From Octopus bimaculoides (taxonomy: Eukaryota), in the NCBI RefSeq assembly GCF_001194135.2, contig NC_068988.1, positions 14,571,029-14,615,073 on the forward strand: 44,045 nt of DNA, read 5' to 3'. The stretch's first letter is position 1, and every line of letters starts with the position of its first letter. The translations under genes and the position numbers were made by a program. The notes below the pieces were generated by a model. The model did not search any database and was not told where the DNA came from. It saw only the letters and a program-made list of their open reading frames with translations. This document shows, in pieces, positions 36,367 through 44,045 of the stretch.

Positions 36367-36959
36367 ATAAACAAGAATGAAAACTTTGTTATTAAAATCT
36401 GAGATTATTAACAACTGCCTTCAAGAGATATAATCATTTTTTACCATACAGAATCGCAATTGTCTCTCACGTTATTAATGCGTCTGTTCCTATCTTTGTA
36501 TTTCTCCTTTTGTCTGGTTTCTTCTCTCGGGATAAATGTTTGCGATATGATGCTTTGTTTAGAACTGTTGTCATCAACACATTGTTGGTAACAGAGCTGA
36601 AAGAGTTCTACTATGCATTTATGTATGTATTATGTATGTATGTATTATGTATATATGTGTATGTATGTATGTGTTATTATTATTGTTATCTTTCCTATAT
36701 CTCGGAAACCACTATCTTAATTTATTTACATTATATATATTTAACAAAACCAGCTGAAGACACTCCGAGAACAAATTGCAGCATCCATTTAACACCCGCT
36801 TGATTCCTTGAGTTAAGAAACAATAGCCATTTTCGTGGATGAAGTCTCAACTGAAAGAAAAACAAACATCACAAACTGAAATCAGAATAACAAGAATGAA
36901 ATAATCTGGCGACTTAATGGACAGCAATGAATAGACAAGAGATGAATTGTCGTGTATGA

Positions 36960-37730
36960 TCCGTGTGTAAGAGTATGTATGCGTATATATGCGTGTGTGT
37001 GTGTGTGTGTGTGTCTGTGAGTGTATGCGCTAGTGCGTGCGTGTCTGCGTGTATATATATCTATTATGTATGTATGTTTGTATGTATATCTCTGTATGTG
37101 TTTGTGTATCAGTATGTATATCAGTGTGAGTGCGTGCGTGCGTGCGTGCGTGTGTGTGTGTGTTTGTGTGCGTGCATGTTTAACAGAAATATCACTTAAG
37201 AGACGAAATGCCTTTGTGCCGTGTCTGTCTGAGTGTGTGTGTGTGTGTGCCTACATGGAAGTGCGTGTGTGCGTACATGTATCTGTATATGTATGTGTGT
37301 GCGTGTGTCTGTATCTGTGTGTGTCTGTATCTGTGTGTGTCTGTGCCTACATGTGAGTGTGTGTATCTGTATGTGTATATATATGCGTGTGACAGTGTCT
37401 GTGTGTATACCTACCTGTGAGTGCGTCTGTGTGCGTGTATCTGTATGTGTATGTATGTGCGTGTAACAGTGTGTGTCTGTGTGTCTGTGCCTACATGTGA
37501 GTGCGTGTATCTATATGCGTATGTATGAGCATGTGACAGACTGTGTGTGTCTACATGTGGGCGCGTGTGCGTGCGTGCATCTGTATGCGTATGTGTGTGC
37601 GTGTGACAGCGCGCGCGTGTGTGTGTGCATGTGTGCGTGTGACAATGTGCATGTGTGCACGTGTGCATGTATGTGTATGTGTGTATGTCTGTGTGTGTGC
37701 GGATTTCTGTGTCTGCGTGCGCGCGTGTTT
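36960..37730. repeat. GT-rich cryptically simple tract with a higher-order unit of about 60-75 bp
   Basis: Recurrent CTAC(A/C)TGTG(A/G)G...ATCTGTATG...GTG(T)GACAG blocks near 37345, 37411, 37490 and 37550. Confidence 0.85.
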
Positions 37731-38103
37731 AAGAGAAATATCTCAGGAAGAACCAATGGCATAAATTTGAATAACTAAATTCAAATGTTATGTACCAAAT
37801 AGCGCATACAATAAATCCTTGATTTTTAAATATTTCCATGTGAACCCAAAACACAAAACCCTGGCAGCCACTGTTAGCAACTTTCAAGAAAGAAAAGAGG
37901 TAATTTCGAGAAATTAAAAATAAATTTCCATCTTTTATTTCATACGTACTTGGTACAAATGAATGACATTGAAAATAATTTCGTTGCTAAAAAGAACTGC
38001 CCCACCGTACAACAGTTTAGGTGAGCGTCTATTACAATAGATCCGAACTGGCCTTTACCTGCGACTGAATTTGGTACAGGCAAACTGTGGAAGACCATCG
38101 TCA

Positions 38104-38179
<76 letters not shown>

Positions 38180-38847
38180 TGAGAGAGAGNNNNNNNNNNN
38201 NNNNNNNNNNNNNNNNNNNNNNNNNNNNNNNNNNNNNNNNNNNNNNNNNNNNNNNNNNNNNNNNNNNNNNNNNNNNNNNNNNNNNNNNNNNNNNNNNNNN
38301 NNNNNNNNNNNNNNNNNNNNNNNNNNNNNNNNNNNNNNNNNNNNNNNNNNNNNNNNNNNNNNNNNNNNNNNNNNNNNNNNNNNNNNNNNNNNNNNNNNNN
38401 NNNNNNNNNNNNNNNNNNNNNNNNNNNNNNNNNNNNNNNNNNNNNNNNNNNNNNNNNNNNNNNNNNNNNNNNNNNNNNNNNNNNNNNNNNNNNNNNNNNN
38501 NNNNNNNNNNNNNNNNNNNNNNNNNNNNNNNNNNNNNNNNNNNNNNNNNNNNNNNNNNNNNNNNNNNNNNNNNNNNNNNNNNNNNNNNNNNNNNNNNNNN
38601 NNNNNNNNNNNNNNNNNNNNNNNNNNNNNNNNNNNNNNNNNNNNNNNNNNNNNNNNNNNNNNNNNNNNNNNNNNNNNNNNNNNNNNNNNNNNNNNNNNNN
38701 NNNNNNNNNNNNNNNNNNNNNNNNNNNNNNNNNNNNNNNNNNNNNNNNNNNNNNNNNNNNNNNNNNNNNNNNNNNNNNNNNNNNNNNNNNNNNNNNNNNN
38801 NNNNNNNNNNTATATATATGCATTGATACCTGGACATGCATTGATAC

Positions 38848-39570
38848 CCGATAGAATAAGTACAAGGCTTGCAAAGAATAAGTCCTGAAGTCGATTTATT
38901 CGACTAAAGGTGGTACTCCAGCATGGCCGCAGCCAAATGGCTGAAACAAGTAAAAGAATAAAAGAATATATGTATGTGTGTCCCCACCACAACACTTGAC
39001 AACTGATGTTTGTTTGTTTACGTCCCCGTAATCTAGCAGTTCAACAAAAGAGACCGATAGAATAAGTGCCAGACTTATTTGATCTCTTCGTCTAAAACCC
39101 TTCAAGGCGATGATCCAGCATGGCCGCAGTTCAACGACTAAAACAAAAAAAAAGATCGTGTGGTAAGTAGCTTGCTTACCAACCACATGGTTCCGGGTTC
39201 AGTCCCACTGCGTGGCACTTTGGGCAAGTGTCTTCTACTATAGCCTCGGGCCGACCAAAGCCTTGTGAGTGGATTTGGTAGACGGAAACTGAAAGAAGCC
39301 TGTCGTATATATGTATATATATATATATATATATATGTATATGTATGTGTGTTTGTGTGTCTGTGTTTGTCTCCCCACCATCGCTTGACAACCGATGCTG
39401 GTGTGTTTACGTCCCCGTAACTTAGCGGTTCGGCAAAAAGAGACCGATAGGATAAGTACTAGGCTTACAAAGAATAAGTCCTGGGGTTGATTTTCTCGAT
39501 TTAAGGTGGTGCTCCAGCATGGCCGCAGTCAAATGACTGAAACAAGTAAAAGAGTAAAAGAGTAAAAGAG
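38848..39570 (+). mobile_element. Three tandem, same-orientation SINE family A pieces; the last is near full length
   Basis: Tail 38848-38968; older 3' half 38969-39150; young copy 39157-39570 with tRNA head (GGTTCAGTCC box B), a CORE-like GGCACTTTGGGCAAGTGTCTT segment similar to the MIR/CORE domain, and an (AAAGAGTA)n tail. Confidence 0.92.
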
Positions 39571-40009
39571 AATGGGAATATTTCCTGATGTTTGCCTCTA
39601 TGCTTAGTTTGACAAAGTCGACAGACAAATATTCATGTTTGCTTTTGTTTATGAGATAATATGGTTGGTGGTGATCATTACGGAAAAATTCGATTACACA
39701 ACACCCGCCCACCGCCTCTCCATTGACAAGAATTACAGCCAGAAAAGTCAAATGCTGCTGGGCTACTAGCGTAATGAGAGAGCTATGCATGATCTCTGAA
39801 TAGAAAAGATGAAAGCGTTCCCAAAAGAAGAATGACATTAAAAGAACCTTTCATTTGAATTTTTAAACTGTTCTGTATTTTTCTGAATTTGTCAATTATT
39901 TTATTTATTAAATACAATTATTTGAAAGATGTTAATCAAATTGAACATGAAATTGTCTTTGTCCTCTTTTTTCTTCTCTCTCTCAAACACTGAAGCGATC
40001 ACCTAGCTC

Positions 40010-40165
40010 TAGTTAAAAGTAAGTTGAATTCTGCAGAGATCAACTTTGTCTTTCATCTTTTCGAGGTTAATAAAACAAAGTACCAGCAAAAAAGAAACGG
40101 GATCGATGCTAGTGATTAGCCCTCTCCTCTTGTGCCCTGTGTCAAATCAGAAAAAATTATATAAA
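40010..40165 (+). mobile_element. SINE family B, decayed
   Basis: GTTGAATTCTGCAGAGATCAACTTTGTCTTTCATCTTTTCGAGG...AAAGTACCAG. Confidence 0.7.
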
Positions 40166-40964
40166 TTGTTCGTCATGTGCTAAACCAGAAACTTGAAATA
40201 AAGACTAAATGCAAAACTAAACTTACTTCCAAAAATATCAATGACAGATGGAAAAGAAGATTGTTTGCTTTTTGTAGCTCAGCACCAAAAAACACATATT
40301 GGCAAAGCAAAAAAGAATCAGAATCGATTCTTCTGAAGAGCTTCCACACAGCATTCATCTACCACATCTCATTCACAATGCCTTGAACGACCTGATGTTA
40401 TGATATAAAACACTTACCGAGAGGTGAATCAACCTGAAAACAAATATAGTTATGAAGCAAACCGTTTCACCACATAAATACTTTATCCCTACAGGGCTAT
40501 AAAAAGCGAAGTCGAACCAAACGACGTTTAAGCTTATTACGTAAAAACGTTTTAAGTGCGGTATTGCCGTTTTTCGTCCATCTTATATCTCATACACACT
40601 GGAAGATATATAATAAAATAACGGATGGTCAGACAGTTGTTAATGGCTTCAAAGCATTTATAAAGTAGTTTAGCAGAAGTATGGATATATATATATATAT
40701 ATCGAACGCCACGCATCCTTTTGCAAGTAAGTTTTATCTTATATATATATATATNNNNNNNNNNNNNNNNNNNNATATATATCATTAAGCAAATAAACAG
40801 AAAAATCAAGAAAGCGGGAGATTGTTGTAGTTCTTTAGATAAGGTAAATATCCGGAGAGTTCATACCCGAGCCTCAATCCGGTCAGAACATTAATAGTGC
40901 GTATGTATTATACGCATTTTTCGCGGGTTCTTACACATTAACACGTATTCTTACATATTTTCAG

Positions 40965-41194
40965 GTACAACGACAGTTTTAACTATGACATTTCTTGGTC
41001 TGGATATCCGCACAGACCTACCAAAAGTATCCTACGTCACAGCTCTTGATTATTATGTGGCTGTCTGCTTTGGTTTCGTCATTTCCACCATAATTCAGTT
41101 TGCAGTCGTACATTATTTCACGAAATATGGCACTGGCGATATGAATATGGTTTTTCAAACTTCTGACGATAGCGATGATAGTGGAGAGATCGGG
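40965..41194 (+). CDS. Penultimate coding exon of a GABA-A/GRD-like Cys-loop ligand-gated ion channel subunit (M2, M2-M3 loop, M3, start of intracellular loop)
   Basis: Acceptor TTTTCAG ends at 40964 (phase 1) and donor GTAAGT starts at 41195 (phase 0). Translation (G)[89 protein letters not shown] and [10 protein letters not shown] are GABA-A M2/M3 hallmarks. [14 protein letters not shown] matches my recollection of Drosophila GRD/CG8916-type subunits. Confidence 0.95.
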
Positions 41195-41807
41195 GTAAGT
41201 ATTAGCGTTCGTTACGTGTTGCTTTTATTTTATTTTTTCTTTCTTCTTATTCAAACTCGGATCGATTCGTATCAAACATACCTTCAATCGAAGTGATTTC
41301 CTACCGCGACCATTCATCATTTAGAATATTGTAGACTAATGAACTACATACTTCAATATGCTCTTAATTTGTTAAACGATAGGGTGTGTTTCATTTGAGG
41401 AAAATTTTGCTGTTTTAGTAAGTCAAATGGCCATGCAGAAGTCGCCGTATCGGCGTAATCACGCGCACACATACACACCCGTGTGTGTATGTATGTATGT
41501 GTGTATGTATACTTTCATGTACACACGAATGATCTCTTAAATAAACGAATATAGATTCCACTATTTCAGAAGTTGAAACCCCATTTTGATAACACTCCAC
41601 CTTTGCCCTCGTAATTCGCATTTCAGTAAACTTAATTTCATATCTAAAGGCGAAATAATTTTGGAAATCGCCAATGAATTGTTAGAGCGTTCAATAAATT
41701 GTTCCACATTCCTTGCATAAAATGAAGCATAAAATTTATTTTTCTTTCATCTACTTACCACCATCTACATAATGCTGTTACCAAGGACTATAAAAAACTG
41801 AACCAGA

Positions 41808-42075
41808 ACATTCATTCATTTTCGCTGTCCATTGTTCCAGGAAGGGTCGTGGAGGATAGAATTCCCAGGAACTTCCTCCATCGGATCCTATCGGAAGCAA
41901 CTATTATTATACTTTCCTTCTGAATTCCCAAGCGTGACCAGCTGAGACTATGGATATCATCCAGTCATCTCGGTTTTGGTCTACCGCTAGGTGTCTCTGT
42001 CAGCTGGCTCGTCTTGCAGAATCTGTCTTGTGATTCTTTTCTGCGACATTCATACCAAATGTCTGTAGTACCGGA
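41808..42075 (-). mobile_element. RTE-like LINE 3' end with (TGAA)n tail, antisense within the last intron
   Basis: Minus frame reads SGRPKPR*LDDI...VASDRIRWRKFL...NE*, cf. the RTE C-terminal RGRP..RW.D.I...A.DR..WR, then ends in TGAATGAATG. Confidence 0.75.
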
Positions 42076-42456
42076 ACTGTGACCTCTCAATGAAATTAAT
42101 GATTCGTGGCATAGAATAATATCTAAACTCCAAATGGAACGAGAGAGTATTGAGTTGTGATATATTTGAGACGTAGATTAATTTCTAGAGACAGAGACAA
42201 AGTTGTTGTTTGGCCTTACATTAGTATAGCGCAGTAAACTCCAATATAATAGTATAATAATGAGATAAAGCAAATGACTGAAACAAGTAAAAGAGTAAAA
42301 CGTGATTTATTCCAGTTTTTACATTTTCTTGAAAACATCAACGTTATGAATATCGAATGAAATAACATTCGTTCTAGATTTCATCTTTCAATATAATTTT
42401 GCTTTTTTTCTTATCTCATTAGTTTTACAATTTTTTAAATTATTTTTTTGTTTCAG

Positions 42457-42720
42457 GAAATAACTGGCCCTGGTCGAAGTAACGGTGATCTTTGGGTAAC
42501 TGACAATGCTGCTTATGCGAATTCCCACCGAGGACCTTTGCGGTGTTTCTTCAAAATGTGGGACTGTGTCACCGGAACTCGAAACTACAGTGGCAGAAGT
42601 CACCCAAGAGGTAACCAACCAATGAACAGTGTGAGCCAGGTTGACAGAGTATTTAGAGTTGCCTTTCCCATAACATTTCTAATTTTCAATATGGTCTATT
42701 GGATAGTTTATTGGGTGTGA
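42457..42720 (+). CDS. Terminal coding exon of the same subunit (end of M3-M4 loop, M4, stop)
   Basis: Long polypyrimidine tract plus CAG ends at 42456. Phase 0 matches the upstream donor. Encodes EITGPG...RCFFKMWDCVTG...NSVSQVDRVFRVAFPITFLIFNMVYWIVYWV*. NSVS.xDR..R..FP..F..FN..YW is the Cys-loop M4 signature. TGA at 42718-42720. Confidence 0.93.
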   Translation, partial: EITGPGRSNGDLWVTDNAAYANSHRGPLRCFFKMWDCVTGTRNYSGRSHPRGNQPMNSVSQVDRVFRVAFPITFLIFNMVYWIVYWV

Positions 42721-43070
42721 GTTGTAACAAACGCTTTATTTCACATGATTATTTTTATATTATTTATTAATTGATTTATTTATTGATTAATTCATTCATT
42801 CTTTACTCTTCTTCTCCTCCTCTATTGGTTAGATGGTGTACTCTTAACTTTACAAAGATTACGAATGAAAATGTTCAGTGAAATCGAGAAATATGGCTTG
42901 TGGACAAAACTTAAAATACATCATTTTTTTTGTTTAAATATTCCTTGTCGAAAAGTATCCTCTCGATTTCATGAGGCGATATTTCCGCCCAGTAGATTTT
43001 GAATAAGTCTACAAGTTTTTGAGATTTAATATTAAAAAAAGAAAAAAAACATGCGTCTCAACTACACAGA

Positions 43071-43217
43071 AATAAAACCGAATAACAATGGTTATACACA
43101 AAATAAAACCAGTCTGCTGAAAACTCAGCAAATGAAAATGAAATAATAGAGAGAATTTATTTCGAAGATTAATAATTAGAATAAACACAATCCGTTGCAA
43201 ATATAGAATATAATAAA
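43071..43217 (+). terminator. Candidate polyadenylation signals in the 3' UTR
   Basis: AATAAA at 43071, 43102, 43180 and 43212, 350-500 nt after the stop. The background is AT-rich, so any single hit may be chance. Confidence 0.3.
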
Positions 43218-43980
43218 CGCTGCCTCATAAAGCACAAACTAACACATACATACATACATACACACACGTAACAAGTAACATAATATTTTGGTATTATAAA
43301 CAAATAATTTCAGTCTTTATCAAATTTCCATGAACAAGAAATTAAAATCTATTTTTAAACTGCGAAGTGAGAAATCAACAATAACTGATATATTACACAT
43401 TATCAGTTAAACTTTTTTCTTTCTATTCCTTTAGTGTATATATGCTAACGTATGCTTCGGTATGCTTTCAAATTTGATATGTCTAGTTTTACCCGGTTGT
43501 GTCCTCTTTTTGTGGACAATACCTTTTTTAAAAAAAAAAATAACAACAGAATTTTAAAATGTCCATGATCAATCTCATGTATTTGTTGAGCATTCATTTA
43601 TAAAAAGAAAAATAATGGACGCCATTTTTACTTAACCTGCCTTGTCTGCTATTTTAAATGTTAAAAAAAAAAAACAATTGTCAGCTTAGTTCAGGTGTAT
43701 TTAGTTCTCTATCAGGAAAAGGAAAAGACGCTTTGCTATTTACTCCCTTCCTCCTTCATAGTATCAATAAGGAGTTATTTCCATCCCAGTTGTCCTTTAA
43801 CTACGCCTGAACTGTTTTGTTAAGGCGGCTATTTTAGCAAATCCAAAATGGCAGACAAAAGAAGGTTGTGTTCAATAAAACATCAAAAGCGGAAATAAAT
43901 GTTTCCATTTCGGTCCTTAAAGCATTGACACGCTGCGAATGTTTGACTCGCATTATACTTTGTGTTCAAACTTAAAAGCT

Positions 43981-44002
43981 CTTTCTCTCTCTCTCTCTCT
44001 CT

Positions 44003-44045
<43 letters not shown>
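43981..44045. repeat. (CT)n/(TA)n microsatellite at window end
   Basis: Directly visible. Confidence 0.95.

Noticed and set aside
664-39186. Dozens of long ORFs rich in IY, HT, CV, LS or X in the ORF track
   Set aside because: They are stop-free readings of microsatellites and N-gaps, with no protein signature.
41195-41296. Read-through hydrophobic segment ([12 protein letters not shown]) as an alternative M4
   Set aside because: It follows a perfect GTAAGT donor and is what T-rich intron sequence is expected to encode.
40965-42720. Octopus chemotactile receptor or nicotinic subunit
   Set aside because: The M2/M3 motifs (TTVLTMT, LPKVSY) are GABA-A type, not nAChR-derived.

Overview
Eukaryotic, AT-rich, microsatellite-dense draft-assembly DNA with 18 N-gaps, most of them bordered by simple repeats. 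The repeat landscape resembles an octopus/coleoid cephalopod genome (inference; not confirmable from this window). The only host coding sequence I can support is the last two coding exons of a GABA-A-type Cys-loop receptor subunit on the + strand (40965-41194 and 42457-42720; M2-M3, then loop end and M4). It most resembles the invertebrate GRD/CG8916-type alpha-like subunits. No upstream exon is recognisable, so 1-40964 is probably intron. That region holds tRNA-derived SINEs of about four families and decayed fragments of Penelope-like (PLE), RTE-like, R4/Dong-like, Tc1 and Helitron elements. Nearly all ORFs in the supplied track are microsatellite or N-gap artefacts. The main unexplained signal is six minimal type-I hammerhead ribozyme motifs from four unrelated repeat families, all with palindromic stem III. 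Three belong to one PLE terminal-repeat family. One sits in the tail of a head-to-head palindromic tRNA-headed element. The two copies with intact catalytic cores are both antisense to the host gene, and all three sense copies are damaged.
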